Assembly: GCA_965226795.1 (NCBI GenBank)
Contig: CBDDDZ010000005.1
Location: 352,001 to 416,000, forward strand
DNA: 64,000 nt
From: Candidatus Latescibacterota bacterium
GTDB taxonomy: Bacteria; Latescibacterota; UBA2968; GCA-2709665
Reading direction: 5' to 3'
Positions 12,620 through 22,442 of the stretch are shown here, one piece after another; position 1 is the stretch's first letter, and the number at the start of each line of letters is the position of its first letter. Made by a program: the position numbers and the translations under genes. A model generated the notes under the pieces. It saw only the letters and a program-made list of their open reading frames with translations, was not told where the DNA came from and ran no database searches.

Positions 12620-12915
12620 CCCGATTCCGCATACTGGAACGACATATCCCATCCCGGGTGACGACCATGCCGGACGGGCCCCGCTCGAGGGCTCGCGTTC
12701 CGGGAGCCCGGGATTGATGTATCCGATGTCCTCGCTACCCACGGGATTCTTCGCGGCCCTGATGTGTCTTCGCCATCGCGCGCCGTCTCCACTTTTGAAG
12801 GTTTTGTTCAACCGGTTTTCGATTTCTTTCCCGCCTCCCATGGGGCCATCTCCCGTTTAACGGGGGTGGCGCTTTATTTCTGCCATCCGCTCCCCTCTGG
12901 TTCTTTAACATTCAG

Positions 12916-13971
12916 ATGTCTTTCCAATTCAGGGACTCCGGGCAGCCGGTATGGGATCGTCCTGTACTGGGCATTGAAACCTCGTGTGACGAAACGGCTG
13001 CCGCGGTTGTGGCCGGTGGCTGTATTCTGTCTAATGTCATTTTTTCCCAGACAGAACACAGTCTCTACGGCGGTGTGGTTCCCGAACTCGCGTCACGGAA
13101 CCACGTGCGCAAGATCGTGCCGGTTGTACGCGAGGCCCTGCACCAGGCCGGCATCCCGCTGAATGAACTCGGTGGGATCGCGGTCACTCGCGGACCGGGC
13201 CTTGTCGGGTGCCTGCTGGTGGGTATCTCGACCGCCAAGGGGCTTGCGCTTGGCAGTGGCCGTCCGCTGATCGGCGTCCATCATATCGAGGGGCATCTCT
13301 TTGCCGGACTGTTTGGGGATCCCGAACTGCGCCCCCCGTTTCTGGCCCTTGTGATTTCCGGAGGCCATACCCAGTTGATCCACGTACGCCGGTGGGGGCT
13401 GTACGAAATCTGCGGTGAAACAAGGGACGACGCAGCGGGGGAAGCCTTCGACAAGGTGGCCAAGATGCTGGGCGTGTTGAAAGCGGGCGAGACCACCATG
13501 GGCGGACCGGTGATTGCCGAACTGGCGGAACAGGGTGACGCCAGTGCGTTTGGGTTTCCGAGAGGGCTCCAGCGTCAGGAGGGATTCGAGTTCAGCTTCA
13601 GCGGGATCAAGACATCGGTATTGTACCACCTTAAAAGCCGGCCTGAAGCCGTCGGGGAGGCTGAACAGGCAGATATAGCGGCAAGTTTTCAGGCCGCGGT
13701 TGTCGACGTGCTCGTGGAAAAGACGATGAAAGCGGCAGGCGCTCTGGATCTGGGACGGATACTGTTGACGGGCGGGGTTGCGGCGAATCGGCGGTTGCGG
13801 GTAGAAATGGAGCGCGCCGCCCGCGAAAGCGGGGTTGAGGTCTGTTTTCCGCCGCAGGTTCTTTGTACGGACAACGCGGCGATGATTGCCTGCGCAGGCG
13901 CCTTCCGGCTGCGCAGAGGCGAGCGATCGGGGCGAGACCTGGATGCCGATCCGAGAATGAAGCTGGTTTGA
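12916..13971 (+). CDS. tsaD: tRNA t6A37 threonylcarbamoyltransferase
   Basis: LGIETSCDET, GGVVPELASR, HHIEGH, SGGHT, DDAAGEAFDK, TDNAAMIA. Confidence 0.97.
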   Translation: MSFQFRDSGQPVWDRPVLGIETSCDETAAAVVAGGCILSNVIFSQTEHSLYGGVVPELASRNHVRKIVPVVREALHQAGIPLNELGGIAVTRGPGLVGCLLVGISTAKGLALGSGRPLIGVHHIEGHLFAGLFGDPELRPPFLALVISGGHTQLIHVRRWGLYEICGETRDDAAGEAFDKVAKMLGVLKAGETTMGGPVIAELAEQGDASAFGFPRGLQRQEGFEFSFSGIKTSVLYHLKSRPEAVGEAEQADIAASFQAAVVDVLVEKTMKAAGALDLGRILLTGGVAANRRLRVEMERAARESGVEVCFPPQVLCTDNAAMIACAGAFRLRRGERSGRDLDADPRMKLV

Positions 13972-13974
13972 CTT

Positions 13975-16137
13975 ATGTTTCAGTTGTCCGATTTGGATCT
14001 GAGCTTGAGCGATGGATTGTTGCTGGGTTTGCTTGCGCCGGTTTGTGTGTACCTGGCCTGGCAGGTGTACCGCGTCCGAAAACATGGATTCCGGTTGGTA
14101 CGGTGGTTGCTTGTATTGCGGTGCATAGCGTTTCTTCTGCTGCTGGCGTTGATGATGGAACCCGTTCTTGCACTCACGATGCGGCGCGAGCGCAAGCCGC
14201 TTGTGGCTGTCCTGCTGGACGATAGCGAGAGTATGCGCATCGAGGATAACGGGCGGAAGCGCAGCGATCTCGCGGTTGGCCTCCTGAAGAGTGGTGTGTT
14301 CGAAGAACTGGAAACGCGCGCCCGGGTGGCCTGGTATCGCTTCTCCGAGTGGATGGCGCCCATGGCGCCAACGGGCGTGGATTCGCTGCGCTTCGACGGG
14401 CGGGCAACGGACCTGGCTGCGGCGCTGGATATGCTGCGCGACAAAACGGCTGGCGAGGGATTGGTCGCGGCGGTGTTGATTTCCGACGGGGTTCACAACC
14501 TCGGCGCAAGGCCGGAACGGGCCGCCCTCGAGTTGGGTGCGCCCGTGTTTGCGGTGGGTGTGGGGAAGGCGGATGCGCCGAAGGATGTGGCGATTGTTTC
14601 CGCCGTATGCGATCCGATGGTATACGTCGGACGACCGCTTTCGATTTCGGTGGGGCTTAAGTCAAGCGGATGTGAAGGCGCTGAATCGTTGTTGTTTGTC
14701 GAAGAGGGCGGGCGCCGTGTTGCGGAGGCGCCGGTCACGCTGTCGGACGGCGAGCAGGAGGTCCGGTTTTCCGTCTCGCCCGATCGGGCCGGCCGGCGTG
14801 TATATCGGATTCATATTGCCTCTCAGCAGGCAGAACGTTCGACCGCGAACAACACCGCCGTCGTTTCCGCGGAGGTCATCGAAAGCCGTCTGCGCGTTCT
14901 GATGGTCGCGGGTTCCCCCAGTGCGGATCTCGCCTATGTGCGCCGGTTGCTGGAGGCTAACGAGAATCTGCAAGTGGAGGTGCTGGTTGGCCGCAATACG
15001 GGCGAATGGCCTTTTCGGATGCGGGCGGAATTGACCGATCCGGATGAACTCGTCGTCCTGTTCGATCTGCCCGGCGAAATGCTTTCGGGGCAATTCGGCC
15101 GCGGGCTGGCCGAATTTGTGGAAAAGGGCGGCGCGTTGCTCGTGGTGGGTGGACGGGCGGGATTCAACGGGGCATACGCGCGGTCGCCAATTGCGCGGGT
15201 GCTGCCGATCCTGTGTTCTCCGGACGCGAGCACGTATCGGGAGGCATCATTCCGGCCTGAATTGTCACGGTCCGGAACTTTGCATCCCATTCTCCGGGTC
15301 TCGGACGACCCGCTGGGGGACCGACAGGCCTGGGGGGATCTGCCGCCGCTTCTGGCCTGCAATGTGAATAAAGGTCTTCGAGGGGACGCCGAAACCCTGC
15401 TCTATCATCCGATCGAACGTAGTGGCGGCGGAAAGATGCCTCTGGTTGCGGTGGGTCGCGCAGGCGCGGGTAAGGTGATGGCCGTGGCGGTCAGGACGTT
15501 CTGGCGGCTCAGTCTCATGATGTGGGGCGTGGGCAAGAACGATGAGGTTTCGAAGGCGTTCTGGACAAATTCCGTGCAGTGGCTGGTAAAACGTGAGGAT
15601 GTCGCCCGGGTTCAGGTGGAAGTGGACAAACCGGTCTATCGCAGCGGCGCTCCGGTAACGTTCCACGCCCGTGTCTTCAACGAGTTGCTTCAGCCGCAGG
15701 AGGGAGCCCGCGTGGTGCTCTCCGTGATGGATGAGGACCGCGTGCGGCAGACGATTTTGGATGATGAAGGCCAGGGACGCTATCGGGGGCAATTGAAAGC
15801 GGGCGTCCAGGGAGATTATGCGTTTGAAGTACGGGCTCGCATGGGCGGCGTCGATCTGGGGAGCGGCGCCGGCCGGTTCACCGTGGGCCGGTACAGTCTG
15901 GAATTTGAAGACATGCGAATGAACCGGGATCTTCTGGAAAGTCTGGCTGCGCAGAGCGGGGGCGTCTATGCGGCGCCGGATCGTTTGAGCGCGGTTCTGA
16001 ACGATCTTGACCTGGCGCCCCAGCCGGTGACGGAGTCGTACCGGACCCGGCTGTGGGGGAGACCGTGGCCGCTTTTCGTTCTCATCGGGCTCCTTGGCGT
16101 GGAATGGACGGCCAGACGCAGGTGGGGAATGATATGA
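13975..16137 (+). CDS. Membrane-anchored vWA-like / GATase1-like domain protein
   Basis: N-terminal TMs, LLDDSESM (MIDAS-like), ISDG, GGALLVVGG, C-terminal LLGVEWTARRRWG. Confidence 0.7.
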   Translation: MFQLSDLDLSLSDGLLLGLLAPVCVYLAWQVYRVRKHGFRLVRWLLVLRCIAFLLLLALMMEPVLALTMRRERKPLVAVLLDDSESMRIEDNGRKRSDLAVGLLKSGVFEELETRARVAWYRFSEWMAPMAPTGVDSLRFDGRATDLAAALDMLRDKTAGEGLVAAVLISDGVHNLGARPERAALELGAPVFAVGVGKADAPKDVAIVSAVCDPMVYVGRPLSISVGLKSSGCEGAESLLFVEEGGRRVAEAPVTLSDGEQEVRFSVSPDRAGRRVYRIHIASQQAERSTANNTAVVSAEVIESRLRVLMVAGSPSADLAYVRRLLEANENLQVEVLVGRNTGEWPFRMRAELTDPDELVVLFDLPGEMLSGQFGRGLAEFVEKGGALLVVGGRAGFNGAYARSPIARVLPILCSPDASTYREASFRPELSRSGTLHPILRVSDDPLGDRQAWGDLPPLLACNVNKGLRGDAETLLYHPIERSGGGKMPLVAVGRAGAGKVMAVAVRTFWRLSLMMWGVGKNDEVSKAFWTNSVQWLVKREDVARVQVEVDKPVYRSGAPVTFHARVFNELLQPQEGARVVLSVMDEDRVRQTILDDEGQGRYRGQLKAGVQGDYAFEVRARMGGVDLGSGAGRFTVGRYSLEFEDMRMNRDLLESLAAQSGGVYAAPDRLSAVLNDLDLAPQPVTESYRTRLWGRPWPLFVLIGLLGVEWTARRRWGMI

Positions 16138-17831
16138 AAAGGTGCGCGCAAGGTCGGTGTTCCGGGATTCATGGCAATGGTATCGGGTCAATTGTCGCAA
16201 GCTTCATCGTCCTTCTGTCGGTTCTGGTTTCATGTGGCCGGGCGGTGGGGCGCGTCGTGATTAGCGAGGTTATGTTCGATCCCGCGGGCAGTGAGTTTTA
16301 CGACGAGTATATCGAGATACAGAATACCGGCCGCGAGCCGGTGGATCTGGCCGGATGGCGGGCGGGAGACGGCGACGAGGCAGACGCGCTGGCCTTCGAA
16401 AGCGGAGAGTCCGTGCTGCAACCGGGGGCTTTCGGGTTGATTCTGGATTCCGGGTATTTTACGCATTCGAACCATTACGATCCACTACCCGAGTCGGCGT
16501 TGATTCTCACTGTGGCGGACGCCACACTCGGGAACTCGGGCCTGAGTAATTCGAGGCCGGAGCGGATCGTGCTTGTTTCGTCTTTCGGCGATACCGTGGG
16601 CGTGATGGTCTACACGACGGGAAACAAACCCGGGTTTTCAGAGGAGAAAGTGGACCCCACAGCCGGCGACGGACCGGAGAACTGGGTGGATTCACGGTGG
16701 GAGGGAGGGACACCGGGTCGCGTCAACAGCGTGAGTCCGAAAGACAACGACCTGGCGCTGGCGAGGGTATCGGAATCGCCGTTTCCGGTTCCGGCAGGTG
16801 TCGCGCGGGATTTTATCCTGGAGGTGGTGAACCGGGGGCGGCGGCCGGCATCGGCGTTTTCCGTGAGGGTGGAGGGTATAGCCCGGTGGCATCGGGATTT
16901 CCCGGGCCTGGGGCCCGCGGATCTTCTCCGGGTTGAAACGCCAATTGGAAACGTGCCGCCCGGACAGTACGAGTATGCGGCTGCGATTGTGTTCAATGCC
17001 GATGAGGACACGTCCAACAACCGCGTGACCTGGACGGTGGTAGGCGGAGTTAGGCCCGGGGCGGTGGTCGTGAACGAAGTGATGGTTTCTCCAGCCGAGG
17101 GTGATCCGGAGTGGGTGGAACTCCACAACCGTTCGGAGCGGACGCTGGACGTGACCGGCTGGAGGATTCAGGACGCGAAGTCCGCAGGCGAGGTGTTCGG
17201 ACGTGAGCCTTTGCAACTGCAGCCGGACGCGTACCTGGTAGTGGCTGAGGACGTCGACGGGTTCTACAGCCGGTTTGGCGATCGGACCGTGCAGGTTGTT
17301 GCCCCCGAGCGGTGGTTTCGCTTGAACAACAGCGGAGACGTCGTGGTCGTACGCGATGCTACCGGTGCGATTGTGGATCGGATGGCATACGATCAGGCAG
17401 TTTTCGCAGGGAGGTCGCTCGAACGGATTGCAGGATCCGGATTGAGCGTTGACGATCGGAATTGGCTGTCAAGTACCCATGAGGACGGCGCGACGCCCGG
17501 ACGCGAAAACAGCGTGGCGCTGCAAAGCGGCATCGATGCCGTCCAAATCCTGGCAGAGCCCAATCCCTTTTACGATCGAGTGGAAATACGCTATCTTCTT
17601 CCCGCCCCTCGCGCGGATGTAAATCTGTGGGTGTACGACAGATCCGGCCATCAGGTAAAAACGCTCCTCAACGCCGCCGCCGGCGGCAGCCGACGGAGCG
17701 TGACGTGGGATGGGATGGATGAAAACGGAGCTCAGTTGAAGCCGGGCATTTACATCTTATTTTTGGAGACGTCGTTCAAAGGCCGTATCTTTAGGACCAA
17801 AGCCCCTGTTGTGCTGGCGAGAGGACTGTAG
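16134..17831 (+). CDS. Exported lamin-tail-domain protein (two LTDs) with C-terminal FlgD/Ig-like sorting domain
   Basis: VVISEVMFDP..DEYIEIQN..VDLAGW and VVVNEVM..EWVELHN..GWRI; TPGR.NS; PNPF...WDGMDENG..LKPGIY. ATGA overlap with the upstream gene. Confidence 0.85.
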   Translation: MKRCAQGRCSGIHGNGIGSIVASFIVLLSVLVSCGRAVGRVVISEVMFDPAGSEFYDEYIEIQNTGREPVDLAGWRAGDGDEADALAFESGESVLQPGAFGLILDSGYFTHSNHYDPLPESALILTVADATLGNSGLSNSRPERIVLVSSFGDTVGVMVYTTGNKPGFSEEKVDPTAGDGPENWVDSRWEGGTPGRVNSVSPKDNDLALARVSESPFPVPAGVARDFILEVVNRGRRPASAFSVRVEGIARWHRDFPGLGPADLLRVETPIGNVPPGQYEYAAAIVFNADEDTSNNRVTWTVVGGVRPGAVVVNEVMVSPAEGDPEWVELHNRSERTLDVTGWRIQDAKSAGEVFGREPLQLQPDAYLVVAEDVDGFYSRFGDRTVQVVAPERWFRLNNSGDVVVVRDATGAIVDRMAYDQAVFAGRSLERIAGSGLSVDDRNWLSSTHEDGATPGRENSVALQSGIDAVQILAEPNPFYDRVEIRYLLPAPRADVNLWVYDRSGHQVKTLLNAAAGGSRRSVTWDGMDENGAQLKPGIYILFLETSFKGRIFRTKAPVVLARGL

Positions 17832-17982
17832 TTTGTATTGCCGGCGAATCCCCTGCGCCGGAGTTTAAGAAGCTGTCATGAAATTTCCTGTGCGTTCCCG
17901 AGCGCGTGGAAGGGTGTCGGTTCAGGAGGGACCCGCGTATTCTGTCTCCCCTTGGATGTGCCAAGACAAGGGTGGCCCATTT

Positions 17983-20337
17983 ATGAGAAACGAACCGAAC
18001 GCAGTAAAGGAGGATCCGCAGCATGAATCTGATCTGGTGAATCAGGTCTGCGGTGTTTTGCTGGTCGCGGTTGCGCTGTTGATGTTGGTCAGCCTGGTTT
18101 CGCATTCACCACAGGATCCCCCGAATTCGAGTCGTGCACCGGAATTGACGGAGAATATGGCGGGGTGGATCGGCAGCCAGATCTCCTACTTTCTTCTGTT
18201 TGCCGTGGGCCACGGCTCTTTTGTACTCGCGGGCATCGTTCTGATGTGGGGATGGAATCGTTTCAGAAACCTTCCCGCCTTGCCTCTTGTCTCCCGCAGC
18301 CTGGCATTGCTGGCCATGGTGGTGGTTTATTGCGGCGCGACGTGCGTGCCTTCGCGAGGAGAAACCCATCTGTCGTTCCTGATGGGCGGGTGGCTGGGAA
18401 TTACCCTGGCGTCCCGGATCCTGGTACCCTATCTGGGCTTTGTCGGGTCGTATATTCTTTTGAGCGCCCTGTTTCTGGTGTTTCTCATGATTCTGACCCG
18501 CCTGCCTTTCTCCCGGATTCCGGATTTGCTGGCGGCCGGCGCTGGGCGAATTCAGACCGGGATGACCGGCTGGTCCGCACGTCGGCGTCTGGCGCGGCGG
18601 CAGAGGAAGGAGGGGCGTGAAACGGAACGTACGGAACCCAGCCTGCTGAACGATGCGGAAGAAGCCGCGAGTGATGCCGAATCCGAACCGCCTGTCGATC
18701 CCGATGTCGCCATCCCGGAGCCGTTTTCTTTGTACGAAGACGAGGCGGATGAGCCGGAGGAGGGACCTGCGGTTACGCTCGACCCGGACATCGTTGCCCA
18801 CCCCGCGGAAATTCCCAGGTCGACAGGACGGAAGCCGAAGGCGCAGCAGCGGCGAGGCGAAGACTTACAGTATCATTTGCCCGACCTGGAGTTGCTGAAT
18901 GAGCCCGCGCAAGAAGACGAGGGACCCGACCGGTCGTTACTGCTGGAAGGTGCGCAAACCCTCGAACACAGCCTCAGCAGTTTTGGCATCGAGGGCAAGG
19001 TGGTACAGGTGAATCCGGGTCCCGTGGTCACCGGATACGAGGTGCAGCCGCCCCGCGGGGTGAAGGTGAACCGCATTGTCAATCTTTCGGACGACCTCGC
19101 TCTGGCGATGAAGGCGCGGAGTATCCGGATTCAGGCGCCGATTCCCGGCAAAGCGGCAGTGGGCATAGAGGTGCCGAATGCGAATCCTTCAACCGTCTTC
19201 CTGCGGGAGATACTGGAATCCGATGCCTTTCAGGGCGCCGATGACAAGCTGATGCTGGCGCTGGGCAAGTCCGCCACCGGAGAATCCGTCTGCACGAACC
19301 TGGCTTCCATGCCACACCTGTTGATCGCCGGCGCTACGGGGAGCGGAAAATCGGTATGTATCAACGTGCTGATAACCAGCATTCTCGTGCGGTGCAGCCC
19401 AGAGGAGGTCCGTTTTATCATGGTGGATCCGAAGATGCTGGAACTGTCGATTTACAACAGGATTCCACATCTGCTGGCGCCAGTTGTCACTGAACCCCAG
19501 AAAGCGTCCGAAGCGTTGAGGTGGGCGGTGGGGGAGATGGAAGACCGTTATCGAAACCTGGCGCAGTATAGCGTGCGGAATATCACGGATTTCAACAACA
19601 AACTGGAGAAGATGCGGGCGGAGGCGGAGTCCGAAGAAGACCGGCAGGAAGTACCCCCGTTGTTGCCCTATATCGTGGTCGTGGTCGACGAACTCGCGGA
19701 TCTGATGATGACGGCACCCGCGGATATCGAGGATTCGCTGGCACGGTTGGCGCAGATGGCGCGAGCGGTGGGCATCCATTTGATCCTGGCGACACAGCGG
19801 CCGTCGGTAAATGTGATTACGGGCACGATCAAGGCGAACTTTCCGTCGCGCATCGCGTTTCGCGTCGCATCCAAGGTGGACTCGCGTACAATCCTGGATT
19901 GCAATGGCGCCGAAAAGCTTCTGGGCCGTGGCGATATGCTTTTCACGCCTGCGGGCAAACCGGAGCCCGTGCGTGTGCATGGCGCGAACATGACTACCGA
20001 AGAAACGGAACGCCTTGTGGAATGGGTGAGCGGCCAGGGCGTGGAGCTCGAGCAACTGGATCTGGGCGTAGACGAAAACGAATTGATGCTTTCCGAGGGC
20101 ACTCGCGACAAGCGGTTCGACGAGGCGCTTCGGCTGATCGTTACGCACCAGCAGGGTTCGGCATCACTGCTTCAGCGCCGCATGAAAGTGGGGTATGCCC
20201 GTGCCGCGCGTCTGGTGGATGAACTGGAGCAGGCTGGAATTGTCGGCCCGTCGGACGGGAGCAGTAAGGGTCGTGAGGTGCTTGTTGGCGTCGAGTATCT
20301 GGACCGGCACGAGGAGGATGAACTGGATGCGGTGTGA
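17983..20337 (+). CDS. ftsK: DNA translocase FtsK/SpoIIIE
   Basis: 4TM N-terminus, MPHLLIAGATGSGKS, DELADLM, ATQRPS, gamma domain SASLLQRRMKVGYARAARLVD. Confidence 0.97.
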   Translation: MRNEPNAVKEDPQHESDLVNQVCGVLLVAVALLMLVSLVSHSPQDPPNSSRAPELTENMAGWIGSQISYFLLFAVGHGSFVLAGIVLMWGWNRFRNLPALPLVSRSLALLAMVVVYCGATCVPSRGETHLSFLMGGWLGITLASRILVPYLGFVGSYILLSALFLVFLMILTRLPFSRIPDLLAAGAGRIQTGMTGWSARRRLARRQRKEGRETERTEPSLLNDAEEAASDAESEPPVDPDVAIPEPFSLYEDEADEPEEGPAVTLDPDIVAHPAEIPRSTGRKPKAQQRRGEDLQYHLPDLELLNEPAQEDEGPDRSLLLEGAQTLEHSLSSFGIEGKVVQVNPGPVVTGYEVQPPRGVKVNRIVNLSDDLALAMKARSIRIQAPIPGKAAVGIEVPNANPSTVFLREILESDAFQGADDKLMLALGKSATGESVCTNLASMPHLLIAGATGSGKSVCINVLITSILVRCSPEEVRFIMVDPKMLELSIYNRIPHLLAPVVTEPQKASEALRWAVGEMEDRYRNLAQYSVRNITDFNNKLEKMRAEAESEEDRQEVPPLLPYIVVVVDELADLMMTAPADIEDSLARLAQMARAVGIHLILATQRPSVNVITGTIKANFPSRIAFRVASKVDSRTILDCNGAEKLLGRGDMLFTPAGKPEPVRVHGANMTTEETERLVEWVSGQGVELEQLDLGVDENELMLSEGTRDKRFDEALRLIVTHQQGSASLLQRRMKVGYARAARLVDELEQAGIVGPSDGSSKGREVLVGVEYLDRHEEDELDAV

Positions 20338-20418
20338 ATTCCGGACAGCGAACGGTGAGGGGCGGGATACGGTGGGCGGGGGAACGCCCGGCGTCCCTTT
20401 GCCGGCGGGTTACACGAG

Positions 20419-21087
20419 GTGACTCGCATGAATGCCGGACGGCTTAAATTTCTTTTTTTCGTGGTCGCGATCCTGATTCCCGCAGATCTTTGGGCCATCG
20501 ACGGGCGAGAGGTGATTCGCCGGCAGCAGCAGCGATATGAAAAGCTCACGAGTATTTCCGCCCGGTTCACGAAATACCACTACTGGAAACTCGTGGATCA
20601 GAAGACGAAACTGAGTGGTAACCTGTACGTGCAGAAACCCAATCGATTTCGTTTTGAGACACGGGTCCAGACGGTGGTTTCGGATGGAGAAAGCGCCTGG
20701 AACTATACACCGGAGAATGAGCAGGTTTTGCTGAGCAGTTACGATCGGGCAAAGGGCGACCGGAGTTACGAAAAGCTGCTCTTCGACCTCATTCTGCTGG
20801 GTGGGTACGAAGATCGTTACGTACCCCGGCTTGCCGGAGAGGAACGCGTGGACGGCAGGCGCTGTTATCGCGTGGAATTGACGTCGCGGCAGGAAGAGAG
20901 CTATATCGCCCGGGTCAGGTTGTGGGTAGACAGGGAGCTCTGGCTGGTCCGCCGGGCGGAATATCTGAATTTGAACGAAGATGTAACCACGTACGATATT
21001 TCCCGTTTGAAGGTGGATGGGGAACTGAAGCCGGGGTTGTTTGCTTTCGTGCCGCCGGTGGGTGTCGAGGTGATTGATTTGAGGTGA
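20419..21087 (+). CDS. lolA: Outer-membrane lipoprotein carrier LolA-like
   Basis: Signal peptide, QKPNRFRFE, VVSDG..W.Y, FAFVPPVGVEVID; follows ftsK. Confidence 0.85.
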   Translation: MTRMNAGRLKFLFFVVAILIPADLWAIDGREVIRRQQQRYEKLTSISARFTKYHYWKLVDQKTKLSGNLYVQKPNRFRFETRVQTVVSDGESAWNYTPENEQVLLSSYDRAKGDRSYEKLLFDLILLGGYEDRYVPRLAGEERVDGRRCYRVELTSRQEESYIARVRLWVDRELWLVRRAEYLNLNEDVTTYDISRLKVDGELKPGLFAFVPPVGVEVIDLR

Positions 21088-21204
21088 ATCGGAGGTCGTC
21101 AGGGGCGGACGAGGCGCCGGCCGGACCTGGACTACCGAAATGGCGCCGAACGGGCCGATCCCCCGATCCGGGGTTTAATTTATCACTGAAAGGAGTTGGC
21201 GTTT

Positions 21205-22321
21205 ATGGCTATCGATATGCAATGTGCCGATCTGAAATCCGGGCTGGCCGAATGCCGCGACCGGCTGGAAAACCTCCGGAGGTATCTTTGACCTGGAATC
21301 CCGGGAAGCCCAAATCGTCGAACTGGAAAGGTTGATGGAGCGTCCGGGATTCTGGGACGATCGGGAACGGGCCAGGCAGATCATCGATGAAGCGAATGGC
21401 CATAAGGATTGGGTAACCGGGTGGCAGGGCCTGGATGAGCGTCTCGCGGATCTGGATGAGTTTTACCATCTCGCCCGGGAAGAGGAGGACGAAGAGACGC
21501 TACGGGATCTCCAAAAGGAACACAGGTCGCTGGGAGGGGCGCTTGAAGAATTGGAGTTCCGGCATATGATGCGCGAGAAGGAGGATCGCCTGAACGCGAT
21601 CCTTACGATTCATCCCGGTGCGGGCGGAACGGAATCGGCCGACTGGGCGCAGATGCTGATGAGGATGTACAGCCGATGGGCCGAGCGCCGCGGCTTCCAG
21701 GCGGATGTGCTGGATCTGCTTCCGGGGGAGACGGCGGGTATCAAGAGCGTGGCCATCGAGATGAAGGGAGAGTACGCGTACGGTTACCTCAAGTCTGAAA
21801 TGGGCGTGCATCGATTGGTTCGGCTCTCGCCGTTCGATTCCGGCGGCAGGCGGCACACGTCGTTCGCATCGGTTTCGGTGTACCCCGAGGCGAAGGGCGA
21901 AATCGAGGTGGAAATCCAGCCGGAGGATATCCGCGTGGATACCTTTCGCTCCAGCGGGGCGGGCGGACAGCACGTGAACAAGACCGATTCGGCCGTACGG
22001 ATTACGCACTATCCGACGGGCATTGTGGTTCAGTGTCAGAACGAACGGTCGCAACATAAGAATCGAAATTCCGCAATGAAGATCCTTAAGGCCAGGCTGT
22101 ACCAGCACCACAAGGAAGAGGAAGAGAAAGCGCGCGCGAAGATCGAGAAGAACAAGAAAAAGATCGAATTCGGAAGTCAGGTCCGGAACTACGTATTCCA
22201 TCCCTATCAGCTCGTCAAAGACCTCCGGACCGAGTTCGAAACATCCGGTGTTCAGGACGTTATGGACGGGGGTCTGGACGGATTCATGCAGGCGTTTCTC
22301 GAACAGAAAGGAGAGGCGTAA
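21205..22321 (+). CDS. prfB: Peptide chain release factor 2 with programmed +1 frameshift
   Basis: ATG 21205 reads MAIDMQ...RLENLRRYL, then CTT TGA C at 21286-21292 preceded by SD-like GGAGG. The +1 frame continues DLES... with SPF and GGQ motifs. Confidence 0.96.
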
Positions 22322-22338
22322 CCGCAGGGGCAAAGGGC

Positions 22339-22367
22339 TTGACTTCCCTATCTGTATTGATTATTAT
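22339..22367 (+). promoter_or_regulatory. sigma70 promoter for lysS operon
   Basis: TTGACT-17 nt-TATTAT. Confidence 0.7.
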
Positions 22368-22442
22368 ATTTTCGACTGTCGTATCCGGCGGCTGGCAGCA
22401 AAAAATCAACCGGTTACTTTTTTTATGTCGGGAGGAATCCGT

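Noticed and set aside
12624..12915. Small ORFs between the Zn-ribbon gene and tsaD
   Set aside because: Overlapping candidates on both strands, none with an RBS or motif support.
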